The notes under the pieces were generated by a model, which saw nothing but the letters and a program-made list of their open reading frames with translations, was not told where the DNA came from and searched no databases. From assembly GCA_964016885.1 (NCBI GenBank), contig OZ024740.1, positions 51,088,001-51,152,000 of the forward strand: a DNA stretch of 64,000 nucleotides, read 5' to 3'. Positions 13,577 through 26,958 of this stretch are shown here, piece after piece; positions within the stretch are counted from its first letter, which is position 1; every line of letters starts with the position of its first letter. Made by a program: the position numbers and the translations under genes. The stretch comes from Eledone cirrhosa. Its lineage: Eukaryota.

Positions 13577-14324
13577 CTGTTGAAGAAGAGAAGGGTGTCA
13601 CTGATTTTTCATTTTGTCATACACAAACAAATAGTAATTGCTTAGCGATGCAACAACACTAGAATGGCTGTACTTGAACAGGATACAAACTGCTACTTTT
13701 GCAGATGGTAGTCAAACCTCTAAACCTTTCAGCCATGCCACTGTGTGTCTCCATATAAATTTCGATCATTTTTTAAACTTATGGGAAAGCAATCAGATAG
13801 TAGAGTTACACTGAAATTCTATATTCACCAAAACATCAGATCCTATAAAGGACATGATGGTGGCAATGCAGAAAAATGGTACAAAGGTTTAATGACAGTA
13901 ATAGTAACAGTAACATTAATACTATTTGTAATATTAGTAGTAATATCATCTGCTGAGTTATATTTCTATATTACCTGCTTCACTGATAGATGTATGCATC
14001 TGTTTGCTAACATTTTTGTTCATTTATTTCTTATACGACAGCTGTTAGTGAAATGATAAATTTTAGCAGGGGGGAATTAGCAGAAATGACAGGATACTGG
14101 ATTATATGTCTTAATGTATTTAGTTTCGTCAATTCTAAACTTTGGTTTGAAATCCTGCCAGGAATCAACGATGCCTTTCACTCCTCCAGGACTGATAAAA
14201 ATAACTAGCAGACAAACAGACATGATGCTACATTGAAGTCAATTTAATCAACTATATCCCTACAACTTCTTAAATAAAGTAACCAAATTGTTCTACCAAA
14301 AGAAATCAAAACGATAATTGTAGG

Positions 14325-14410
14325 CTAGAGAGGTTGCCCAGTACTTCTCACAACGTTGCTGTCTTTTGCTCTGGTGTTGGCTCGGTTGTTCACCCCTTCC
14401 TTTACATTTT
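14325..14410 (-). CDS. candidate terminal exon A of PDLIM-family gene
   Basis: GC-richer island in AT-rich DNA; a phase-1 join reads KNVKEGVNNRANTRAKDSNVVRSTGQPL-stop. The acceptor (attaaag) is weak and no homology was recognised. Confidence 0.3.
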
Positions 14411-16126
14411 CTTTAATATTGTAACATTAAAAGAAGATATCTTTCTGAATGAATCGCGAGCAATTTATAATGTTGTCTAAGCATTTGTAATGTTATTTAT
14501 GTATATATTTAAAACATATTTGTTATTCTACTGTAAATTTATTTATATGCTCTGTTTATATTTTCATTCTAAAAGAATTGCAAACGGTTTGTAATGTATT
14601 TATACAACTATGAATAAAATCCTAAAGTTAGTGTCAACAATATACAAACCAACATTTTACAGCTTCTTATAATGAAACATTGAAACATAAAAAGTATACT
14701 TCATGATCACTTGTCTGTTGAGTTTGCAAATAATAACTTAGCAGCTTGACAAATAGAGATCGATAAAATAAGTACAAGACTTAAAATAAGTACCGGCGTC
14801 AACATAATCAACTAATCTCTTGAAGGTGGTGCTGAAGCATGGCTGCAGTCTGATCAGTAAAAGAATAAAAGAATAGGTATACTTTGATAGCAAGAACCTA
14901 AAAACATCTTTTACTCAGCCATAATCCAGAAAAAAATCGAATACAAAAACATCAAGTTGATTGTAAGAATCAATGATAGCTGAAAAAATTTCCACAAATT
15001 ATGTATTCAATATGCATCCAAAAAGCAGTAATCTGCTGCACACTTCTTTTCTGCCAGCATTTTTGGCACAGTAGAGTTATAATATGATGCTTTGTAATAT
15101 CTAACCCAGTACATCACTAATCTGCATTAGCTAAAGATAGTAAGTTGTGTTCTATTGACTGACTGATTGCTTTCCATAAGTTTTGGAAATTATTAAAATC
15201 TTTAAGAAGTCACAATATCTGAGAGTTTAAATTGTTTCCACTGGTATTTCTTCCTACTACAGGCAGATAGAAAGACCAATAGAAACATAGTTTGTTTGGT
15301 CTGACCTGATGATTGGCCTCTTTCTTTATTCCTTACTTTTTTATTCTGTTTGACTAGAAACCACAAGGTTATTGGTCCATATCTCCTTCAAAGTATAGAT
15401 ATTGATGTTGTTGTTGCTGTTATCCTTTTTCTGAGTTTATAACATCGCGGTAATTTTCCCATTCCTTGCCTTCTCATTTCATGCACAAATCACTGAATTT
15501 CAATAATGAATTCTAATATAGACACAAGACTACACATTGTATGTAGGAGGATAGGGGTAGTTGATTATAATGACCCCCTCCCTCAATTTTTCACTGGTAC
15601 TTTATTTTATTCCCCACCCACCCAAGTATACCCTGACAGTATTTGAACATAGAACATTAAAAAAATGTAACTAAATAACACAATGTTTGCTAGTCTATTG
15701 ATTCTGTCTATCTACACCATATTGCTAAACTGCATTAATTAAACATTAAACATATTTAATATTGCTCATATATTAAATTAATTTGCTATGTTCAGTTTAA
15801 GACTTTCCAGAGAAGATAACAGAACCTCAGTCAGGTGTATTCTGCTTTTGGTGTCTAGTAAATGTTTCATAGAACTTAGTATTAGATTTTTTTTTGATTT
15901 TTTTATTTTGCTATTTGTATATCACAAATGTTGAAGGCCCGTGGCCTAATGGTTAGGGTGTGTCACTTACGGTCTTAATGCCATGTGTTCAATTCCTGGA
16001 CTGTGTTGTGTTCTTGAGCAAAGCACTTCATTTCACATTGCTCTAGTATACTCAACTGAAAATGAATACCAGCAGTATCTGTGGGCTTAACCCTGTGCAT
16101 GCTCATGCATATCTTATATGTGTGTG

Positions 16127-16185
<59 letters not shown>

Positions 16186-16529
16186 ATCTGTGTTTATGTT
16201 TACATCCCTCTAAAAATTGATATTGCTTACATGTTGGCCCTGTGCTTATATAACTTAGTGATTTAACAAATAGAGATCGATAAAATTAGTACCAGATTAA
16301 AGAAAGAATTGGGAGTCAACAAAATCAACTAATACCTTGAAAGTAATACCCTAGGATGGCCCCAGTCATTGGACTAAGGCCAATAAAAGAATAGAATTTC
16401 ATTTAAATACTGCTTTTGATGAAACTGACATTATTTATATAAATAATTGAATGAATAAAAAATATTTAAACAGAGTACCAATGGCAGTGCAAGAATATAG
16501 GGTTAAATTGCAATTGTTAGTATACATAC

Positions 16530-16720
16530 TCTCAACCTCTGCTTTGTTAAGCTCATCTTCCAGTCGACCAAATGTTGTAGCGCATTGTTCATGCGGAGCA
16601 AGCTCATTTGTAGAATTATCACATGCATTCGTTTCTTCACCTGGGGGGCTTGGAGCTGCTACAGGTCGGAAACCACCAGCAACTATTTGAGAACCTACAG
16701 GATAGTTACTCACATCCATC
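16530..16720 (-). CDS. PDLIM-family gene, post-ZM exon
   Basis: Acceptor ttttctctttttttaag; the phase-2 join gives KMDVSNYPVGSQIVAGGFRPVAAPSPPGEETNACD...LNKAEVE. GFRPVAAP resembles the GFRSVxAP motif of ALP-type PDLIMs. Donor taken as GTATGT at 16529 (phase 1); the 3' boundary is less certain. Confidence 0.78.
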
Positions 16721-17523
16721 CTTAAAAAAAGAGAAAAAGAAGATTAATATTTTGCATATATAAAATTACATGACTTATATAAAACACCCTACACCAAGAA
16801 TATGAAATTAGTAAGTCTAAACATGTTTTCAGTATATAAATATGTTTTTTAAACTTTTATGTTTAAAATGTTTTAAATAAACTTTCACATACCAAACTGT
16901 TTAGTAAATATTTGGGACAAATATAAATGACTGAATTGGTAGGATACTAGACAACCAACAAGGAAGCTAACAACAAGGAAGCTTCTGTATGACTGTTCAA
17001 CCTGCTAGAAATACCAACCAGATTTTCTTTTATTACACCATACTACCTTAAAGAAGAAGATACTTTAGACTATATCGGACAATGTAGTATAAGATGTACG
17101 ATGATTGAAAAAAAAAACAGAATGGTCTTAGATGGTATACCCATTCAAAGTCAACTTGAAATTAAACAGCAACTAGAATAACATACAAACCTAAACAGAT
17201 ACGTGGTGGTGTAGTTCACCTCTAAAAGCAGCAGAACTGAAAAATTGGCAAGTGTTGAGTTAATTAGCAGTTTGCAGTTCAAATCTCCCCATGATAAAAA
17301 TTGCCCTTCTTAAAAAGTAACAGTGTGGACATTAGGCTAACAAACCAACCTCATCAAATATATATTAAAATGACAATGGTACACAAACATTTGTTAATGG
17401 ATATGTATGTTAAAACAATTTAGAAGAGAGAAATTATTTGATTAGTTTCATAGTATAAGTTATCTCTCAGAAAGGTGTTTCTGATAATAATAATGAAATT
17501 ATTATTATCAGAACTACAACTCA

Positions 17524-20290
17524 TTAAAGGTGCATGTATAGTACATAGAATAATGTACAAATGTCAGGAAAGTGAACAGTGTATGAGTCATGATATACAT
17601 GTGTGCGTGTGTATGGAGGGGGTTTATCAGGTGTAGTGTTGGAGAATTTCAGGACGCATGGAGGTTTTAAAAGGTGCAGTGTCGTGGCAGCTAACAACTG
17701 ATGCAGGGAGTTTGTTCCATGCTTCAGCAACTCTGAGCATGAAAAAATGTTTCCGAAAGTCATGGGAACTGTGCTGTTTTCTGACTTTGTGGGCATACCC
17801 ACGTATGTAAGACACATGAAAATCAAAAGGGTGCTCAGAGTTGTTGTTGGCAAGATGGTTAATAATTTTGTGGGTGTTTACCAAGTCAGTTGCCAGGCGT
17901 CGGAGCTTCAATGTATCCATGCCCAGGGAAGCAAGGCATTCAGAGTATGGTAGATGTCTGATGAAGGGTATTCGCTTGGTTGCACGTCTCTGAACAGTTT
18001 CTAGGTGGTCAATGTTCTGAGCAAGATAGGGGTTCCAGACTGGTGATGTAAATTCTAAGTGTGGCCGCACCATAGCTATTTACAGCTTTAAATAGATAGC
18101 TGGAGAGCGGCTGACAAAGGTCTTGCAGAGTGATGCCAAGACACCTTCGGCCTTCTCGACAATTTTAGAGACGTGCTTTGTCCAACGTAAATCGCTGCTG
18201 ACAGTAATGCCCAGGTCACGTTCACAAGAAGACTTCTTGATATTAGTGTTGTGGAGGGAGTATGTGGACACTGGGTCTTTTCTCCCAAAATGCATGGTGG
18301 TATAATTGTCCACAGCCAACTTGAGTTGCCAGTCCATGATCCATTGTTGCATTGTGTCCAGGTCAGATTGTAGGCAAGATCTATAGTGTTCAGGACCTGT
18401 CCTTTTTATCTCAAGGTACAGCTTGATGTCATCTGCATATTTCCGCACTGTGGCATTCTTTAAGTTGGCATCTATGTCATTAATATATGCCACAAACAAA
18501 AGGGAACCAAAAACAGATCCCTGCGATACACCAGATGACATCTATAGGGTGAAGAATACTGTCCTAGAACCGTAGCTACCTCTTTTTGACTGAGACTGAG
18601 ACTAAAAATTTCATCCTTCACACCCATTGCAGAGATTTTTGCCATAAGTCTTTTGTGTGGCACAGAATTAAAAGCTTTAGAAAAGTCAAGGTAAACAACA
18701 TCAACCCATGAGCCGCTATCAGTGATCTGGCTGATGTCTTCAAGAAAGTTGATAAGTTGATCACAGCAGCTGGAGTTAGGGATAAATCCAAATTGCGAGG
18801 GCCGGATAAGACTGTGAGAATTCCAGAAGTTCCAGAGTGTTTCTCTAACACAGGATTCCATCAATTTGGCAATGTAGCTAGTAAGACTGACTGGACGATA
18901 GTTGACAGGCGACGTGCGGAATGACACTGGCAGTTTTCCACTGCTCTGGAGTAGCACCGTTATTAAGACAGAATTGAAAGAAGCGATATAGCTGGTGCAG
19001 AAGGAAGTACCCACCACATTTGAGAAGCAGGTATGTAACACCATCAAGACCAGTAGAGATATAGTTGCGTTTATTCTTAAGGTGATGTCACAGCATTGCA
19101 GGTATAAATTTCATAGTTGTTATAGAATTTGATGTCAGAGGTGGTGGAGATGGTACGTTTTGGCTTTCAACAGTAAAAATGCCTGTATAGCATTTAGCTA
19201 TGAGTTCTGCACATTCTTTGGGATTGTCAGTAATCTGGCTTGTGTGGGGATTATGGAAGAGGACCAATTGGAGAGTGAGGTCTCTGCTTTGAATGTACAT
19301 ATTTCCAGAACACCTTACTGTCAGTGTTCGTTGCTATGTGCTGTTCAAATTCAAGCACTGCTTTTTTTGTCACCTGCTTCAGATAGTTGGATGATTTATT
19401 GCACTTTTTTCTATTGATACCTGATTTATGCAGTTTGCATTCCCATTCAGCATTACGGTGTTCTTTCCTGGCAAGTCGACTGCTGCAGTCTCCCAAATTG
19501 CATTTTTTTAGATGTTTTTTGTGCTTACGTGGTACTGATGCTGGACATGCTGTCCATATTAGGTTCAGGATGTTCTGAAGTATAGTGTTCACATCTCCTG
19601 AGTCGTAAAATTCAAGCCGGTTTGGGCATTGTAGCTCGGTGCAGTAAGAGTTCCAGTCTGCTTTATTCCAGTCAAAATGAGCAGTTTGGAGATGGTTGTG
19701 GTTTTTGTTACTGCCTATAAGAGACAGATTGGCAATGATCATAGCATGATCAAAGTCACCTAAAGGTTCCTCAGTAGTAACACTAATAACCGTTTCAGGA
19801 GTAGTGGTAAAGAGTAGATCCAAAGTGTTGTCACCTCTTGTTGGGGAGGTGACTACTTGGGACCAATTCGAGTCCAGCGCTAGCTCAAGGAAATCATTTG
19901 CACTTTGCGGCCAATGAAAGGTTCTCCACTCAATCTCAGGGTTATTGAAGTCCCCTGCAATAAAAACACAAGTGGCTGTTTTCCTTCCTGGCAGTAGCTC
20001 TGAAGATATCACAGAGCTGTGTGTCCTGATGGTAATTTGGGGTGCAGTAAACAACTCCAAGTAGAAGTGTTGACATGGTCATACGTATGTCGCAGAAAAA
20101 TACTTCTTCTTGTGTTTGGTTCAAATCAACGCAAGGAATTGCTGAAAAGTTTCTAAAGTATAGTTTTGATTCCTGCTTAAAGTCATTTTACTTCACTTAC
20201 CTCACTAATTCCCTTGGAATGGGTATGAACATCACACCAACACACAACATATATCACTCCCTCCTATGTCTAGTTAAAATAAACTAGTGT
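17524..20290 (-). mobile_element. CR1/L2-group LINE ORF2, decayed
   Basis: Endonuclease (AGDFN, PTRGDNTLDL), RT (NYRPVSLTS, SQFGF, VYLDFSKAFNSVPH, GVSQGSVFGS, KYADDIKL, ERDLG), and C-terminal VRPHLEF..PVWNP..QRRATK...WNKLP; split by frameshifts. Confidence 0.93.
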
Positions 20291-20481
20291 TAACTATGAC
20301 AAACAGATAATGATTTCTTTTAGCAAGGTACTCAAAGCATGAAGTCAGTTGAGAATTAGTTCAATTCCTGGTGGTAATCTAAGGATTCAGGTTTTCATAT
20401 TTGTGATATCCAGTTTTAAACATAAATTCGACCACATTCATTTGCCCTAGTAAGATATCCTTGGGGTAAACCAATGTTACA

Positions 20482-20755
20482 TTAATCCTTTTGATACCAA
20501 ACTACCTAAAACAACCCCTGGTTCTACAGTATAAAGTTATTTATTTTAAAGTGTTTATACAAAGTGTTTGTAATTAAATAAAATCTTTCCACCATTACGA
20601 CACGTAAGAACCTTTAGGTTATGTCCAATTATCAACTTAATAATGAGAAGTTTAGTTATATTATTAAACCCCTCCAAATTTTTTATCATTTTCGAAACCA
20701 TTTGAAAATCGTAGACAGTGTCTTTCATTAGAAAAAGAGTAATGAAAACGTTAAC
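20482..20755. mobile_element. second TTAA-flanked MITE family (related copies about 2843-3098, 33812-34056, 37598-37810)
   Basis: Shared ttaa.cc.tt.gatacca...cctg..acc.cc.ctg start and ...taatgaaa..gttaa end. Confidence 0.55.
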
Positions 20756-22139
20756 ATTTTGATAATTGACTTAATCTACCCAAATAAATTATTGACACTT
20801 ATTTTATTAACAAAGGCAAAAATCAATCTTGGGTGGGTTAGAAATCAGAGCTGAAAAGGTTGATGATAAATAAAATATGAAGTATTAAATTCTTTATTCC
20901 ACTATCTTTGCCATCCATACTGTCTTTTTGATTGACAAATACTGATCTCTGACATTGGCACAGGGTACAAATTTCTATAGTGTGGACATAATCGAATGAA
21001 CTGATTAAAAACCAATATCTAGTATTTATCTTACTAACACAAAAGAGATGACATGCAGAATTTGAACTAAAAGCACAGAGGAGCAGAACTAAATCTGTTA
21101 CCAAGTTTAACACCACCACATGACCTATGGGTACCTTTAACCGAGTCAACTCTCTTGCTTAAGGTTATGTTTTTGGTTTAAGAATATCTTCCTCCCTTCT
21201 TCTCAACAGTTATCAATACTATTATCACTGTTACATTATTGAAGATTAAATTTTTAGATTCTTATAAGCCCTAATTCCACTATTCCAAACAGGGACTCAT
21301 TTCAGACCAGTTAAGCATCATGGAGTAAAAAAAACAACAATATTTTCCAATCAGAATATGCTGTCAATATAATATATTGACAGCATATTCTGTCAATCCT
21401 TAAAATTTCTTTAAAGTATGAGTTCAAATAAGAGAATAAATAGGTAAAAAGTTTATACTTTAGATCATTGACATCAAATTTATCAACTTCCTTTTATTTT
21501 TATTTATCTAATTCTTTATTTATTTACCACTTCAGAAATCTGTTAAAATACTTCATACCCTCATTATATATATATGACTATGTTCATTAGCATAAGATAC
21601 ACCCTTTAACTTCTAAAGCCTTACTGGAAAGATTTTTTTCGCATTTTAAATTTTGTCTGTCATTTACGTGAATAAATGTAATTGAAAATTTCATTTTATT
21701 TCTTCCATCAATCAAAAAATTGTAATGCCTCATGCATTTTGACCTTTAAAAACCCACAGTATTCTACATGCACATACACATACATATCTTCCTTTCCTCT
21801 ACCGCCCTTTCATTTTTCTTTGACTTGATACATAGTCCAAATATATCTTTTTCTGTTTCTCTTTTCTATTTTTTCTTCTTTTGACTAAGCTACTGTGCAC
21901 TGCAGTTCTATATCTTCCTTTTCAGTTTAAGCACATTGCTGTGTAGTATTTTTTGTCATTATTTGTGTAATTCTCTAAAAGGCACAACTTGTCCTGTGTT
22001 TCCCTGCTTTGTTGCATTCCAATGTGCACTTGATTGAATAGAAACAACCTTAATGCACTGAAACTATAGTGATTTTCAGAGGTTGACTGTTGAAAAGCTA
22101 CTGTTTGTTTTTTCATTGCTTTTGTCCTACACACCCTCC

Positions 22140-22182
<43 letters not shown>

Positions 22183-23637
22183 TCATCATCATCGTTTAAC
22201 GTCCATCTTCCACGCTAGCATGGGTTATACGGTTTTGTTCCATTTGATGGAGGAATGGTCGGGAGACCATGTCTCGCTCGTACGGAAGTGTTTCTGGCAG
22301 GTTTTTACAGCTGGATGCCCTTCCTAACACCAACCATATTTACAGTGTGGACTTTATATATATATATACACATATATATATATAAAGAAAAATTTGTTTT
22401 CGGTCTTAACATGGTGGATACCTAAATGTATGCATGAGTGAATAATAATAATATTATAATATCATAATATTATTAATATTCAGTTTGTTTACAAGTAGAC
22501 AGCCTCATAAAACACCACATGGTAGATGATGTCATCCTTTTGTTCCAGCTCCCAAAATATGGCTCTGCTATGAGCAGGGTATGGTGCAGCCAACTGGCCA
22601 AACCCTTCGCATAATGGTTCCACCCAGTTCCACACTAAATGCAATTGGTGTTAGGAAGGGCATCTAGCTGTAAAGATCCCAGTCAATATTGGCCCAAACC
22701 TATATAAGTTTATTTAAGTACACATACCAGATTAATAGATAAATGTATTAACATTTTTAGTTTTTCCTCTCAAAAATATTTTCAAAAAGGTGGTACCTGT
22801 TATAACCTGGTGCATTCAATACTTTGGTTCAATATTCTTTAAACTGATATTAAGATAACATTATTAAGTTACGCCCCTTTATCGTGTGAGTTCAAATCCC
22901 GCCGAAGTTCACTTTGCCTTTCATCCTTACGGGGTCGATAAAATAAAGTACCAGTAATGCACTGAGGTAATTGCTGGCTTTGTGCCAATAGGAGAAACAA
23001 TTATTAACTATGCTTCTAGATAGAATGTACATATCATCATCAATTTTTAGAACTGTTTTCTATGCTAGCGTGATTGGACACTCTAACACAGTGTCTCACC
23101 ACTTGTGGAGCATCCCCATAACTTTTATGAGATTCAACATCGTAAGATCTGCCTTCACAATTTCTGCCACTGTCTTTTCGGTTTCCTTCTTTTACAGGTT
23201 CCTTCCATTTGGATATCTTGGCACTGCTTTGCCCAGCTGTCTTCCTCCCTGCTCACAACATATCTGCACATGCACAGTCTCTTCTTAAGCCCAGTATTTT
23301 TTTATCAGCTTATCTGAGCTTCATTGTTCATGCACACTAAGATAGCACATTCAGTAGAACATGTTCACCACATTCCTTTCTAGCCTTCACATATACTCCA
23401 CATTCATGTTTCAATATCATGCATTCTGTATATGTGGATCATACAATGTGACTTTCACAGTTACCTTCGCTACCTATTTAGGTAACTAAATTTTTCACCT
23501 CATTCTTACTCTGGCTATTAATATAGAAAGTAATGATAGGATATATAGCATAAGGAAATTATAGTAGTAAGTTTTGAAATGGAATGTATGAAATATTACA
23601 TTATATTTGTTATAAAATCTATTGTATATATATATAT

Positions 23638-23987
23638 CATCATCATCATCGTTTAACGTCTATCTTCCATGCTAGCATGGGTTAAGACGGGAATTGTCCC
23701 ACTTGAGGCAAGATTGGTTGTCTCGCTCGTATAGAACTGTCTGGCAGGTTTTCTATGGCTGGATGCCCTTCCTAACACCAACCACGTTTACAGTGTGGAC
23801 TGGGAGGTTTTTACCGTGTTACCTACACGTCCACATTACAGCGTGAACTGTGTTTTTTTTTGTCATGACACTTACACGGCCTCATTTATTTAGGACTGGA
23901 TGTTGTGTTACCAACATAACTTTACAGAGAAAGGATATATATATATATATGTATATGTGTGTGTATGTATATATATATATGTATATG

Positions 23988-24018
<31 letters not shown>

Positions 24019-24027
24019 GTATATGTA

Positions 24028-24078
<51 letters not shown>

Positions 24079-24450
24079 ATATACATATATATATATATAT
24101 ATATAACAAAATACACCCCGTCCCACTACCCCCACCCCATCCACACCACCCCTTTCAATGTAAAGTTCTGTTGGTACCACAACATCCAGTCCGAAACAAA
24201 TGAGGTCGTGTAAGTGTCACGACAAAAAAACACAGTTCACGCTGTAATGTGACCGTGTAGGTAACACGGTAAAACCTCCCAGTCCACACTGTAAACCTGG
24301 TTGGTGTTAGGAAGGGCATCCAGCCATAGAAAACCTGCCAGACAGTCCTATGCGAGCAAGACAACCAATCTTGCCTCAAGTGGGACAATTCCTGTCTAAA
24401 CCCATGCTAGCGTGGAATATGGACGTTAAATGATGATGATGATGATGATG
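23638..24450. repeat. inverted pair of RTE 3'-tail elements around a (TA/TG)n spacer
   Basis: 23638-23925 is closely the reverse complement of about 24155-24450. Confidence 0.85.
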
Positions 24451-24483
<33 letters not shown>

Positions 24484-24562
24484 CATACACACATATATAT
24501 ATACACATATATACACACACATATATACATATATATGTGTGTGTATACATATATACATGTAT

Positions 24563-24601
<39 letters not shown>

Positions 24602-25735
24602 CAACATATATATATGTATACAGACACACACGCATGTGTGTGTATGTGTGCCTCTAGGATTGTCAAACTTCACGACTATTTGCAGAGGAATTTTAAAATT
24701 TGACACAATTACTCTAATAGGCTAACATCACTGACTACAGTAGCATTGAATTCTCTTCCCCACAATATCAAACAAAATACCAGAGAAAACAAGAATTCAT
24801 GGTCTCAAGAGCATAAGTAAATCTAACTCTCTATGTCATCAATCCGCTCAAAAAATGGACAAACACAGAAGGGATCTGTAATTCCCTTGATGAATCATAT
24901 AAAAATGTGTTATGTTTATTACCAGAACATTTTTGTTCTGGTAATAAATATACACATACACAGAGATACATTCACACCTTCTCATTATAATGCTGAAGCA
25001 CACACACAAATTTCATTTCTATATGGTACCTGCAAAACAAGTTTAGCAAACTCAGTCCTACTCCAAGCCATGCTAGTGATATCTAACCAACTATATCAAA
25101 GTCTGAATATGGCATATAACTGAAAACAGTACTACAAACTTACAACATACATATCAATTATACAACAGTTTAACTCTTTATACTGGTAAGCTTTGCTTAC
25201 ACTACCAACTTACAGCCTGGTGAAATAGATCATTTGTGAATTAAGTGTTTTGTTCAAGAGCACTGCATAGTATGGGAGGGTGCAGTTTGAAATGAATTAT
25301 TAGCTCATCAGCTGACAATCTGACATTCTTCCTCCTTCTCCTCCTCCTTATTATCACCATGATCATCACGACTGTTGTCTATAGTAGCAGAAAGTCACGA
25401 TCCTCCTCTGCCCAATGCAGCTTTCATAATCAGTTGAGGTCCTGAGGTCAACTGATTAGTGGGGGCTCGTGAGGGCAAAGTCTTCAACCACACTTTCTAG
25501 TGGGTCCTCTTTAGGGTCTCAGGATATACAACCTTTGTGCACCGCCCATCCCATGCCTCCCAGGAAAGGTCATAGGCCCATCACCATCACAGTGTTCGAT
25601 GGAGACTGCAATATACTTTTCAAACAGCACGTTCTATCTAAAGCGTGAATGCATACCCTGTTATCCTGCATAAAGGCCAATATCATGATATATATATATA
25701 TCAAACAAGAAAATAATATGAAATAATGTTCTTAC

Positions 25736-25950
25736 TTGTTCAGATTGTCTGCAAGAATTGTAGTTTGATCAGCGTAGGTTTCAGCTAGGTTATTAGCAGA
25801 ATACAGGGAGATTGGGGAATTGAATTGGGCATGGACTACATTTGGTACTGGTTGGATTCTTTCTGATGGGTGTTGTGGAACAGGTCCAGATCCAGGAACA
25901 TTAAAAGGTCTAGCGGAACGATTATGGCTGCTACCAATATTACTGGGTTC
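25736..25950 (-). CDS. PDLIM-family gene, ZM (Zasp-like motif) exon
   Basis: EPSNIGSSHNRSARPFNVPGSGPVPQHPSERIQPVPNVVHAQFNSPISLYSANNLAETYADQTTILADNLN. Contains the ZM motif (VVHAQFNSPISLYS) and an IGSxHNRSAxPF motif typical of ALP-subfamily PDLIMs. Acceptor tttcctcag, donor GTAAG; 215 nt, phase 0 to 2. Confidence 0.93.
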
Positions 25951-26794
25951 CTGAGGAAATGTAGAAAAACAAAAAGGGTTTTTTTTTAAATTTTCTCGTT
26001 ACTGATTTAATTTTTTTAGATTTTATTTAAATTGCTGATTTAATCAATGTATGGTATAAGAATAAATCATAAAGTTATAAGGTTATGAGTGTATGTATGT
26101 GCATGTGTGTATATATATATACATGTGAGTGTATATGTGTATGTATGTGTATGTGTGTATGCCTGTATGTGTATGTGTATCAGTGTGGGCCAATGTGTGT
26201 CAGTGTGTGTATGCATATGTCTGTGTATGTGTTTGTTGTAATTAGTACAGACAAATTTAATAAATAAAAAGAAAGTGTGTAAATTTTCCTTAGAACCTAA
26301 CTAATAATTGTTCATGGAAACTGCTGCCTATTCATGGAATCGTAAATATCTTCCGCAATTTTTTAATGGCTTTTATTGTGGCAATATATATTTTTTCATG
26401 CTTTTTAAAGCTAAATTATTAATAACAATATATTGTATTTGCCAGCCTATAGTTTTTGTTATGTTTTGTTGTTTATAGGCATTTTTATGGACCATGCCCA
26501 ATATTCGCATTTTTTCACTCTTCGTGTATTCTCTAGGAATACCGGGGGAGAACTGTATAGCAAATATACATCAATTGGATGATTATCATCTCAAGTAAAT
26601 ATTAATTATTAACATTGATACATAGTTACAAATTTGTATGTGGTAGGGAGGTGTATAATCTCTTCAATCAGTATATAAATGGAAATTATTTTACTGATCC
26701 TCTCCTACCCACCCAAAAAGAAATGTAAAATACAGGTAACTTAAGCAGAATTTGAACTCAGAAACTAGAAGAACAAATTCAAATGCTGTTAAAT

Positions 26795-26958
26795 CAGACA
26801 TGGACAACCTTTCTCAAGCAGTGGGCTGCATAGGGTGTGGTTCATCATAAGATGAGTTGCACTACTAAAAAGTACAAGGCAATTTTGAAATTAGGCAGGC
26901 CATTCAGAAAGCCAAATGGGCTGCATGTGGCCTGCAGTCTGCAGTTTGCACATGACTG
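26795..26958. mobile_element. hAT (Charlie/Buster-like) MITE
   Basis: Imperfect TIRs cagacatggacaac / gtttgcacatgactg, subterminal gggctgcat motifs, flanks tgttaaat / ttttaaac. Confidence 0.55.

Noticed and set aside
13532-13662. Plus-strand 43-codon open stretch behind an acceptor-like tttattacag
   Set aside because: No partner exons or homology recognised; it overlaps candidate terminal exon B, which lowers confidence in both.
23850-24725. Numerous YI/CV-rich ORFs here and elsewhere
   Set aside because: Microsatellite translations.
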